64,000 nt of DNA, taken from the NCBI GenBank assembly GCA_964247055.1, contig OZ176051.1:620001-684000 (forward strand), written 5' to 3'. This document shows, one piece after another, positions 13,091 through 26,399 of the stretch; the first letter of the stretch is position 1; every line of letters begins with the position of its first letter. The notes under the pieces are model-generated. The model did not search any database. It worked only from the letters and a program-made list of their open reading frames with translations, and was not told the origin of the DNA. The position numbers and the translations under genes are program-made. The DNA is from Paragordius varius. Taxonomy: Eukaryota > Animalia > Nematomorpha.

Positions 13091-15189
13091 CGATTTTTAC
13101 AACGATACTTTAAAAATTATGGTATTAAACCAGTCGCATCCATACTCAAGTTAAACTTTGTCCTTAAAAATCGGATATTGGTCACCGGTGAACAAAATTA
13201 TTTTTTATACATTCTCTTAGTAAGACTAGATCAAAATATAGAGATAGTTTGACAAACTCTTTCATATCCGATTTTTACAACGATACTTTAAAAATTATGG
13301 TATTAAACCAGTCGCATCAATACTCAAGTTAAACTTTGTCCTTAAAAATCGGATATTGGTCACCGGTGAACAAAATTATTTTTTATACATTCTCTTAGTA
13401 AGACTACATCAAAATATAGAGATAGTTTGACAAACTCTTTCATATCCGATTTTTACAACGATACTTTAAAAATTATGGTATTAAACCAGTCGCATCAATA
13501 CTCAAGTTAAACTTTGTCCTTAAAAATCGGATATTGGTCACCGGTGAACAAAACTATTTTTTTTACATTCTCTTAGTAAGACTACATCAAAATATAGAGA
13601 TAATTTGACAAACTCTTTCATATCCGATTTTTACAACGATACTTTAAAAATTAATGTATAAAACTAGTCGTATCAATAAATCGCATACACACTCAAGTTA
13701 AACTTTGTCCTTAAAAATCGGATATTGGTCACCGGTGAACAAAATTATTTTTTATACATTCTCTTAGTAGGACTACATCAAAATATAGAGATAGTTTGGC
13801 AAACTGTTTCATATCCGATTTTTACAACGATACTTTAAAAATTAATGTATAAAACTAGTCGCATCAATACTCAAGTTAAACTTTGTCCTTAAAAATCAGA
13901 TATTGGTCACCGGTGAACAAAATTATTTTTTATACATTCTCTTAGTAAGACTACATCAAAATATAGAGATAACTTGACAAACTCTTTCATATCCGATTTT
14001 TACAACGATACTTTAAAAATTAATGTATAAAACTAGGCGTATCAATTAATCGCATCAATACTCAAGTTAAACTCTGTCCTTAAAAATCGAATATTGGTCA
14101 CCGGTGAACAAAATTATTTTTTATATATTCTCTTAGTAAGACTACATCAAAATATAGAAATAGTTTGACAAACTCTTTCATATCCGATTTTTATAACGAT
14201 ACTTTAAAAATTAATGTATAAAACTAGTTGCATCAATACTCAAGTTAAACTTTGTCCTTAAAAATCGGATATTGGTCACCGGTGAACAAAATTATTTTAT
14301 TTACTTTCTCTTAGTAAGACTACATCAAAATATAGAAATAGTTTGACAAACTCTTTCATATCCGATTTTTACAACGATACTTTAAAAATTATGGTATTAA
14401 ACCAGTCGCATCAATACTCAAGTTAAACTTTGTCCTTAAAAATCGGATATTGGTCACCGGTGAACAAAATTATTTTTTATACATTCTCTTAGTAAGACTA
14501 CATCAAAATATAGAGATAGTTTGGCAAACTCTTTCATATCCGATTTTTATAACGATACTTTAAAAATTAATGTATAAAACTAGTCGCATCAATACTCAAG
14601 TTAAACTTTGTCCTTAAAAATCAGATATTGGTCACCGGTGAACAAAATAATTTTTTATACATTCTCTTAGTAAGACTACATATAAAAATATAAAGATAGT
14701 TTGACAAACTCTTTCATATCCGATTTTTACAACGATACTTTAAAAATTATGGTATTAAACCAGTCGCATCAATACTCAAGTTAAACTTTGTCCTTAAAAA
14801 TAGGATATTGGTCACCGGTGAACAAAACTATTTTTTTTACATTCTCTTAGTAAGACTACATCAAAATATAGAGATAATTTGACAAACTCTTTCATATCCG
14901 ATTTTTACAACGATACTTTAAAAATTATGGTATTAAACCAGTCGCATCAATACTCAAGTTAAACTTTGTCCTTGAAAATCGGATATTGGTCACCGGTGAA
15001 CAAAATTATTTTTTATACATCTCTTAGTAAGACTACATCAAAATATAGAGGTAGTTTGACAAACTCTTTCATATCCGATTTTTACAACGATACTTTAAAA
15101 ATTAATGTATAAAACTAGGCGTATCAATTAATCGCATCAATACTCAAGTTAAACTTTGTCCTTAAAAATCGGATATTGGTCACGGTGAA

Positions 15190-17950
15190 CAAAATTATTT
15201 TTTATACATTCTCTTAGTAGGACTACATCAAAATATAGAGATAGTTTGGCAAACTGTTTCATATCCGATTTTTACAACGATACTTTAAAAATTAATGTAT
15301 AAAACTAGTCGCATCAATACTCAAGTTAAACTTTGTCCTTAAAAATCGAATATTGGTCACCGGTGAACAAAATTATTTTTTATACATTCTCTTAGTAAGA
15401 CTACATCAAAATATAGAGATAGTTTGACAAACTCTTTCATATCCGATTTTTACAACGATACTTTAAAAATTAATGTGTTAAACTAGTCGCATCAATACTC
15501 AAGTTAAACTTTGTCCTTAAAAATCGGATATTGGTCACCGGTGAACAAAATTATTTTTTATACATTCTCTTAGTAAGACTACATCAAAATATAGAGATAG
15601 TTTGACAAACTCTTTCATATCCGATTTTTACAACGATACTTTAAAAATTATGGTATTAAACCAGTCGCATCAATACTCAAGTTAAACTTTGTCCTTAAAA
15701 ATCGGATATTGGTGACCGGTGAACAAAATTATTTTTTATACATTCTCTTAGTAAGACTACATCAAAATATAGAGATAATTTGACAAACTCTTTCATATCC
15801 GATTTTTACAACGATACTTTAAAAATTAATGTATAAAACTAAGCGTATCAATTAATCGCATCAATACTCAAGTTAAACTTTGTCCTTAAAAATCGGATAT
15901 TGGACACCGGTGAACAAAATTATTTTTTATACATTCTCTTAGTAGGACTACATCAAAATATAGAGATAGTTTGGCAAACTGTTTCATATCCAATTTTTAC
16001 AACGATACTTTAAAAATTAATGTATAAAACTAGTCGCATCAATACTCAAGTTAAAGTTTGTCCTTAAAAATCGGATATTGGTCACCGGTGAACAAAATTA
16101 TTTTTTATACATTCTCTTAGTAAGACTACATCAAAATATAGAGATAATTTGAAAAACTCTTTCATATCCGATTTTTACAACGATACTTTAAAAATTAATG
16201 TATAAAACTAGGCGTATCAATTAATCGCATCAATACTCAAGTTAAACTTTCTCCTTAAAAATCGGATATTGGTCACCGGTGAACAAAATTATTTTTTATA
16301 CATTCTCTTAGTAAGACTACATCAAAATATAGAGATAGTTTGACAAACTCTTTCATATCCGATTTTTACAACGATACTTTAAAAATTATGGTATTAAACC
16401 AGTCGCATCAATACTCAAGTTAAACTTTGGCCTTAAAAATCGGATATTGGTGACCGGTGAACAAAATAATTTTTTATACATTCTCTTAGTAAGACTACAT
16501 CAAAATATAGAGATAATTTGACAAACTCTTTCATATCCGATTTTTACAACGATACTTTAAAAATTAATGTATAAAACTAAGCGTATCAATTAATCGCATC
16601 AATACTCAAGTTAAACTTTGTCCTTAAAAATCGGATATTGGTCACCGGTGAACAAAATTATTTTTTATACATTCTCTTAGTAGGACTACATCAAAATATA
16701 GAGATAGTTTGGCAAACTCTTTCATATCCGATTTTTACAACGATATTTTAAAAATTAATGTATAAAACTAGTCGCATCAATACTCAAGTTAAACTTTGTC
16801 CTTAAAAATCAGATATTGGTCACCGGTGAACAAAATATTTTTTTATACATTCTCTTAGTAGGACTACATATAAAAATATAGAGATAGTTTGACAAACTCT
16901 TTCATATCCGATTTTCACAACGATACTTTAAAAATTATGGTATTAAACCAGTCGCATCAATACTCAAGTTAAACTTTGTCCTTAAAAATCGGATATTTGT
17001 CACCGGTGAACAAAATTATTTTTTATACATTCTCTTAGTAAGACTACATCAAAATATAGAGATAGTTTGACAAACTCTTTCATATCCGATTTTTACAACG
17101 ATACTTTAAAAATTATGGTATTAAACCAGTCGCATCAATACTCAAGTTAAACTTTGTCCTTAAAAATCGGATATTGGTCACCGGTGAACAAAACTATTTT
17201 TTTTACATTCTCTTAGTAAGACTACATCAAAATATAGAGATAATTTGACAAACTCTTTCATATCCGATTTTTACAACGATACTTTAAAAATTAATGTATA
17301 AAACTAGTCGCATCAATACTCAAGTTAAACTTTGTCCTTAAAAATCGGATATTGGTCACCGGTGAACAAAATTATTTTTTATACATTCTCTTAGTAAGAC
17401 TACATCAAAATATAGAGATAGTTTGACAAACTCTTTCATATCCGATTTTTACAACGATACTTTAAAAATTATGGTATTAAACCAGTCGCATCAATACTCA
17501 AGTTAAACTTTGTCCTTAAAAATCGGATATTGGTCACCGGTGAACAAAATTATTTTTTATACATTCTCTTAGTAGGACTACATCAAAATATAGAGATAGT
17601 TTGGCAAACTGTTTCATATCCAATTTTTACAACGATACTTTAAAAATTAATGTATAAAACTAGTCGCATCAATACTCAAGTTAAACTTTGTCCTTAAAAA
17701 TCGGATATTGGTCACCGGTGAACAAAATTATTTTTTATACATTCTCTTAGTAAGACTACATCAAAATATAGAGATAATTTGACAAACTCTTTCATATCCG
17801 ATTTTTACAACGATACTTTAAAAATTAATGTATAAAACTAGTCGTATCAATAAATCGCATCAATACTCAATTTAAACTTTCTCCTTAAAAATCGGATATT
17901 GGTCACCGGTGAACAAAATTATTTTTTATACATTCTCTTAGTAGGACTAC
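15190..17950. repeat. Block containing a 4-mer HOR (738 bp), duplicated at about 26400-29540
   Basis: GGTGACCGG at 15711 and 16449 (738 = 2x178 + 2x191). The same markers reappear about 11.2 kb downstream. Confidence 0.85.
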
Positions 17951-19589
17951 ATCAAAATATAGAGATAGTTTGACAAACTCTTTCATATCCGATTTTTACA
18001 ACGATACTTTAAAAATTATGGTATTAAACCAGTCGCATCAATACTCAAGTTAAACTTTGTCCTTAAAAATCGGATATTGGTCACCGGTGAACAAAACTAT
18101 TTTTTTTACATTCTCTTAGTAAGACTACATCAAAATATAGAGATAATTTGACAAACTCTTTCATATCCGATTTTTACAACGATACTTTAAAAATTAATGT
18201 ATAAAACTAGTCGCATCAATACTCAAGTTAAACTTTGTCCTTAAAAATCGGATATTGGTCACCGGTGAACAAAATTATTTTTTATACATTCTCTTAGTAA
18301 GACTACATCAAAATATAGAGATATTTTGACAAACTCTTTCATATCCGATTTTTACAACGATACTATAAAAATTATGGTATAAAACTAGGCGTATCAATTA
18401 ATCGCATCAATACTCAAGTTAAACTTTGTCCTTAAAAATCGGATATTGGTCACCGGTGAACAAAATTATTTTTTATACATTCTCTTAGTAGGACTACATC
18501 AAAATATAGAGATAGTTTGGCAAACTGTTTCATATCCAATTTTTACAACGATACTTTAAAAATTAATGTATAAAACTAGTCGCATCAATACTCAAGTTAA
18601 ACTTTGTCCTTAAAAATCGGATATTGGTCACCGGTGAACAAAATTATTTTTTATACATTCTCTTAGTAAGACTACATCAAAATATAGAGATAATTTGACA
18701 AACTCTTTCATATCCGATTTTTACAACGATACTTTAAAAATTAATGTATAAAACTAGGCGTATCAATTAATCGCATCAATACTCAAGTTAAACTTTCTCC
18801 TTAAAAATCGGATATTGGTCACCGGTGAACAAAATTATTTTTTATACATTCTCTTAGTAGGACTACATCAAAATATAGAGGTTTGGCAAACTCTTTCATA
18901 TCCGATTTTTACAACGATACTTAAAAAATTAATGTATAAAACTAGTCGCATCAATACTCAAGTTAAACTTTGTCCTTAAAAATCAGATATTGGTCACCGG
19001 TGAACAAAATAATTTTTTATACATTCTCTTAGTAAGACTACATATAAAAATATAGAGATAGTTTGACAAACTCTTTCATATCTGATTTTTACAACGATAC
19101 TTTAAAAATTATGGTCTTAAACCAGTCGCATCAATACTCAAGTTAAACTTTCTCCTTAAAAATCGGATATTGGTCACCGGTGAACAAAATTATTTTTTAT
19201 ACATTCTCTTAGTAGGACTACATCAAAATATAGAGGTTTGACAAACTCTTTCATATCCGATTTTTACAACGATACTTTAAATGGTATTAAACCAGTCGCA
19301 TCAATACTCAAGTTAAACTTTGTCCTTAAAAATCGGATATTGGTCACCGGTGAACAAAATTATTTTTTATACATTCTCTTAGTAAGACTACATCAAAATA
19401 TAGAGATAGTTTGACAAACTCTTTCATATCTGATTTTTACAACGATACTTTAAAAATTATGGTCTTAAACCAGTCGCATCAATACTCAAGTTAAACTTTG
19501 TCCTTAAAAATCGGATATTGGTCACCGGTGAACAAAACTATTTTCTTTACATTCTCTTAGTAAGACTACATCAAAATATAGAGATAATT

Positions 19590-22500
19590 TGACAAACTCT
19601 TTCATATCCGATTTTTACAACGATACTTTAAAAATTAATCTATAAAACTAGGCGTATCAATAAATCGCATCAATACTCAAGTTAAACTTTCTCCTTAAAA
19701 ATCGGATATTGGTCACCGGTGAACAAAATTATGTTTTATACATTCTCTTAGTAGGACTACATCAAAATATAGAAATAGTTTGGCAAACTCTTTCATATCC
19801 AATTTTTACAACGATACTTTAAAAATTAATGTATAAAACCAGTCGCATCAATACTCAAGTTAAACTTTGTCCTTAAAAATCGGATATTGGTCACCGGTGA
19901 ACAAAATTATTTTTTATACATTCTCTTAGTAAGACTACATCAAAATATAGAGATAGTTTGACAAACTCTTTCATATCCGATTTTTACAACGATACTTTAA
20001 AAATTAATGTATAAAACTAGTCGTATCAATAAATCGCATCAATACTCAAGTTAAACTTTGTCCTTAAAAATCGGATATTGGTCACCGGTGAACCAAATTA
20101 TTTTTTATACATTCTCTTAGTAGGACTACATCAAAATATAGAGATAGTTTGGCAAACTCTTTCATATCCGATTTTTACAACGATACTTTAAAAATTAATG
20201 TATAAAACTAGTCGCATCAATACTCAAGTTAAACTTTGTCCTTAAAAATCAGATATTGGTCACCGGTGAACAAAATAATTTTTTATACATTCTCTTAGTA
20301 GGACTACATATAAAAATATAGAGATAGTTTGACAAACTCTTTTATATCCGATTTTTACAACGATACTTTAAAAATTATGGTATTAAACCAGTCGCATCAA
20401 TACTCAAGTTAAACTTTGTCCTTAAAAATCGGATATTGGTCACCGGTGAACAAAATTATTTTTTATACATTCTCTTAGTAAGACTACATCAAAATATAGA
20501 GATAGTTTGACAAACTCTTTCATATCCGATTTTTACAACGATACTTTAAAAATTATGGTATTAAACCAGTCGCATCAATACTCAAGTTAAACTTTGTCCT
20601 TAAAAATCGGATATTGGTCACCGGTGAACAAAACTATTTTTTTTACATTCTCTTAGTAAGACTAAATCAAAATATAGAGATAATTTGACAAACTCTTTCA
20701 TATCCGATTTTTACAACGATACTTTAAAAATTAATGTATAAAACTAGTCGCATCAATACTCAAGTTAAACTTTGTCCTTAAAAATCGGATATTGGTCACC
20801 GGTGAACAAAATTATTTTTTATACATTCTCTTAGTAAGACTACATCAAAATATAGAGATAGTTTGACAAACTCTTTCATATCCGATTTTTACAACGATAC
20901 TTTAAAAATTATGGTATTAAACCAGTCGCATCAATACTCAAGTTAAACTTTGTCCTTAAAAATCGGATATTGGTCACCAGTGAACAAAATTATTTTTTAT
21001 ACATTCTCTTAGTAAGACTACATCAAAATATAGAGATAGTTTGACCAACTCTTTCATATCCGATTTTTACAACGATACTTTAAAAATTATGGTATTAAAC
21101 CAGTCGCATCAATACTCAAGTTAAACTTTGTCCTTAAAAATCGGATATTGGTCACCGGTGAACAAAATTATTTTATTTACTTTCTCTTAGTAAGACTACA
21201 TCAAAATATAGAAATAGTTTGACAAACTCTTTCATATCCGATTTTTACAACGATACTTTAAAAATTATGGTATTAAACCAGTCGCATCCATACTCAAGTT
21301 AAACTTTGTCCTTAAAAATCGGATATTGGTCACCGGTGAACAAAATTATTTTTTATACATTCTCTTAGTAAGACTACATCAAAATATAGAGATAGTTTGG
21401 CAAACTCTTTCATATCCGATTTTTATAACGATACTTTAAAAATTAATGTATAAAACTAGTCGCATCAATACTCAAGTTAAACTTTGTCCTTAAAAATCAG
21501 ATATTGGTCACCGGTGAACAAAATAATTTTTTATACATTCTCTTAGTAAGACTACATATAAAAATATAGAGATAGTTTGACAAACTCTTTCATATCCGAT
21601 TTTTACAACGATACTTTAAAAATTATGGTATTAAACCAGTCGCATCAATACTCAAGTTAAACTTTGTCCTTAAAAATAGGATATTGGTCACCGGTGAACA
21701 AAACTATTTTTTTTACATTCTCTTAGTAAGACTACATCAAAATATAGAGATAATTTGACAAACTCTTTCATATCCGATTTTTACAACGATACTTTAAAAA
21801 TTATGGTATTAAACCAGTCGCATCAATACTCAAGTTAAACTTTGTCCTTGAAAATCGGATATTGGTCACCGGTGAACAAAATTATTTTTTATACATCTCT
21901 TAGTAAGACTTCATCAAAATATAGAGATAGTTTGGCAAACTGTTTCATATCCGATTTTTACAACGATACTTTAAAAATTAATGTATAAAACTAGTCGCAT
22001 CAATACTCAAGTTAAATTTTGTCCTTAAAAATCGGATATTGGTCACCGGTGAACAAAATTATTTTTTATACATTCTCTTAGTAAGACTACATCAAAATAT
22101 AGAGATAATTTGACAAACTCTTTCATATACGATTTTTACAACGATACTTTAAAAATTAATGTATAAAACTAGGCGTATCAATTAATCGCATCAATACTCA
22201 AGTTAAACTTTGTCCTTAAAAATCGGATATTGGTCACCGGTGAACAAAATTATTTTTTATACATTCTCTTAGTAGGACTACATCAAAATATAGAGATAGT
22301 TTGACAAACTCTTTCATATCCGATTTTTACAACGATACTTTAAAAATTAATCTATAAAACTAGGCGTATCAATAAATCGCATCAATACTCAAGTTAAACT
22401 TTCTCCTTAAAAATCGGATATTGGTCACCGGTGAACAAAATTATGTTTTATACATTCTCTTAGTAGGACTACATCAAAATATAGAAATAGTTTGGCAAAC

Positions 22501-25010
22501 TCTTTCATATCCAATTTTTACAACGATACTTTAAAAATTAATGTATAAAACCAGTCGCATCAATACTCAAGTTAAACTTTGTCCTTAAAAATCGGATATT
22601 GGTCACCGGTGAACAAAATTATTTTTTATACATTCTCTTAGTAAGACTACATCAAAATATAGAGATAGTTTGACAAACTCTTTCATATCCGATTTTTACA
22701 ACGATACTTTAAAAATTAATGTATAAAACTAGTCGTATCAATAAATCGCATCAATACTCAAGTTAAACTTTGTCCTTAAAAATCGGATATTGGTCACCGG
22801 TGAACAAAATTATTTTTTATACATTCTCTTAGTAGGACTACATCAAAATATAGAGATAGTTTGGCAAACTCTTTCATATCCGATTTTTACAACGATACTT
22901 TAAAAATTAATGTATAAAACTAGTCGCATCAATACTCAAGTTAAACTTTGTCCTTAAAAATCAGATATTGGTCACCGGTGAACAAAATAATTTTTTATAC
23001 ATTCTCTTAGTAGGACTACATATAAAAATATAGAGATAGTTTGACAAACTCTTTTATATCCGATTTTTACAACGATACTTTAAAAATTATGGTATTAAAC
23101 CAGTCGCATCAATACTCAAGTTAAACTTTGTCCTTAAAAATCGGATATTGGTCACCGGTGAACAAAATTATTTTTTATACATTCTCTTAGTAAGACTACA
23201 TCAAAATATAGAGATAGTTTGACAAACTCTTTCATATCCGATTTTTACAACGATACTTTAAAAATTATGGTATTAAACCAGTCGCATCAATACTCAAGTT
23301 AAACTTTGTCCTTAAAAATCGGATATTGGTCACCGGTGAACAAAACTATTTTTTTTACATTCTCTTAGTAAGACTAAATCAAAATATAGAGATAATTTGA
23401 CAAACTCTTTCATATCCGATTTTTACAACGATACTTTAAAAATTAATGTATAAAACTAGTCGCATCAATACTCAAGTTAAACTTTGTCCTTAAAAATCGG
23501 ATATTGGTCACCGGTGAACAAAATTATTTTTTATACATTCTCTTAGTAAGACTACATCAAAATATAGAGATAGTTTGACAAACTCTTTCATATCCGATTT
23601 TTACAACGATACTTTAAAAATTATGGTATTAAACCAGTCGCATCAATACTCAAGTTAAACTTTGTCCTTAAAAATCGGATATTGGTCACCAGTGAACAAA
23701 ATTATTTTTTATACATTCTCTTAGTAAGACTACATCAAAATATAGAGATAGTTTGACCAACTCTTTCATATCCGATTTTTACAACGATACTTTAAAAATT
23801 ATGGTATTAAACCAGTCGCATCAATACTCAAGTTAAACTTTGTCCTTAAAAATCGGATATTGGTCACCGGTGAACAAAATTATTTTATTTACTTTCTCTT
23901 AGTAAGACTACATCAAAATATAGAAATAGTTTGACAAACTCTTTCATATCCGATTTTTACAACGATACTTTAAAAATTATGGTATTAAACCAGTCGCATC
24001 CATACTCAAGTTAAACTTTGTCCTTAAAAATCGGATATTGGTCACCGGTGAACAAAATTATTTTTTATACATTCTCTTAGTAAGACTACATCAAAATATA
24101 GAGATAGTTTGGCAAACTCTTTCATATCCGATTTTTATAACGATACTTTAAAAATTAATGTATAAAACTAGTCGCATCAATACTCAAGTTAAACTTTGTC
24201 CTTAAAAATCAGATATTGGTCACCGGTGAACAAAATAATTTTTTATACATTCTCTTAGTAAGACTACATATAAAAATATAGAGATAGTTTGACAAACTCT
24301 TTCATATCCGATTTTTACAACGATACTTTAAAAATTATGGTATTAAACCAGTCGCATCAATACTCAAGTTAAACTTTGTCCTTAAAAATAGGATATTGGT
24401 CACCGGTGAACAAAACTATTTTTTTTACATTCTCTTAGTAAGACTACATCAAAATATAGAGATAATTTGACAAACTCTTTCATATCCGATTTTTACAACG
24501 ATACTTTAAAAATTATGGTATTAAACCAGTCGCATCAATACTCAAGTTAAACTTTGTCCTTGAAAATCGGATATTGGTCACCGGTGAACAAAATTATTTT
24601 TTATACATCTCTTAGTAAGACTTCATCAAAATATAGAGATAGTTTGGCAAACTGTTTCATATCCGATTTTTACAACGATACTTTAAAAATTAATGTATAA
24701 AACTAGTCGCATCAATACTCAAGTTAAATTTTGTCCTTAAAAATCGGATATTGGTCACCGGTGAACAAAATTATTTTTTATACATTCTCTTAGTAAGACT
24801 ACATCAAAATATAGAGATAATTTGACAAACTCTTTCATATACGATTTTTACAACGATACTTTAAAAATTAATGTATAAAACTAGGCGTATCAATTAATCG
24901 CATCAATACTCAAGTTAAACTTTGTCCTTAAAAATCGGATATTGGTCACCGGTGAACAAAATTATTTTTTATACATTCTCTTAGTAGGACTACATCAAAA
25001 TATAGAGATA
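19590..25010. repeat. 15-monomer HOR, period 2712 bp, 2 near-identical copies
   Basis: Three independent private markers are offset by exactly 2712: AATCTATA (19640/22352), ACTAAATC (20661/23373), CCTTGAAA (21850/24562). Confidence 0.93.
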
Positions 25011-26399
25011 GTTTTGCAAACTGTTTCATATCCGATTTTTACAACGATACTTTAAAAATTAATGTATAAAACTAGTCGCATCAATGCTCAAGTTAAACTC
25101 TGTCCTTAAAAATCGAATATTGGTCACCGGTGAACAAAATTATTTTTTATACATTCTCTTAGTAAGACTACATCAAAATATAGAAATAGTTTGATAAACT
25201 ATTTCATATCCGATTTTTACAACGATACTTTAAAAATTAATGTATTAAACTAGTCGCATCAATACTCAAGCTAAAACATTGTCCTTAAAAATCGGATATT
25301 GGTCACCTGTGAACAAAACTATTTTTTATACCGTCTCTTAGTAAGACTACATCAAAATATAGAGATAGTTTGACAAACTCTTTCATATCCGATTTTTACA
25401 ACGATACTTTAAAAATTAATGTATAAAACTAGTCGTATCAATAAATCGCATCAATACTCAAGTTAAACTTTCTCCTTAAAAATCGGATATTGGTCACCGG
25501 TGAACAAAATTATTTTTTATACATTCTCTTAGTAAGACTACATCAAAATATAGAGATAGTTTGACAAACTCTTTCATATCCGATTTTTACAACGATACTT
25601 TAAAAATTAATGTATAAAACTAGTCGTATCAATAAATCGCATCAATACTCAAGTTAAACTTTCTCCTTAAAAATCGGATATTGGTCACCGCTGAACAAAA
25701 TTATTTTTTATACATTCTCTTAGTAAGACTACATCAAAATATAGAGATAGTTTGACAAACTCTTTCATATCCGATTTTTACAACGATACTTTAAAAATTA
25801 ATGTGTTAAACTAGTCGCATCAATACTCAAGTTAAACTTTGTCCTCAAAAATCAGATATTGGTCATAGGTGAACAAAATTATTTTTTATACATTCTCTTA
25901 GTAAGACTACATCAAAATATAGAGATAGTTTGACCAACTCTTTCATATCCGATTTTTACAACGATACTTTAAAAATTATGGTATTAAACCAGTCGCATCA
26001 ATACTCAAGTTAAACTTTGTCCTTAAAAATCGGATATTGGTCACCGGTGAACAAAATTATTTTATTTACTTTCTCTTAGTAAGACTACATCAAAATATAG
26101 AAATAGTTTGACAAACTCTTTCATATCCGATTTTTACAACGATACTTTAAAAATTATGGTATTAAACCAGTCGCATCAATACTCAAGTTAAACTTTGTCC
26201 TTAAAAATCGGATATTGGTCACCGGTGAACAAAACTATTTTTTTTACATTCTCTTAGTAAGACTACATCAAAATATAGAGATAATTTGACAAACTCTTTC
26301 ATATCCGATTTTTACAACGATACTTTAAAAATTATGGTATTAAACCAGTCGCATCAATACTCAAGTTAAACTTTGTCCTTAAAAATCGGATATTGGTCA

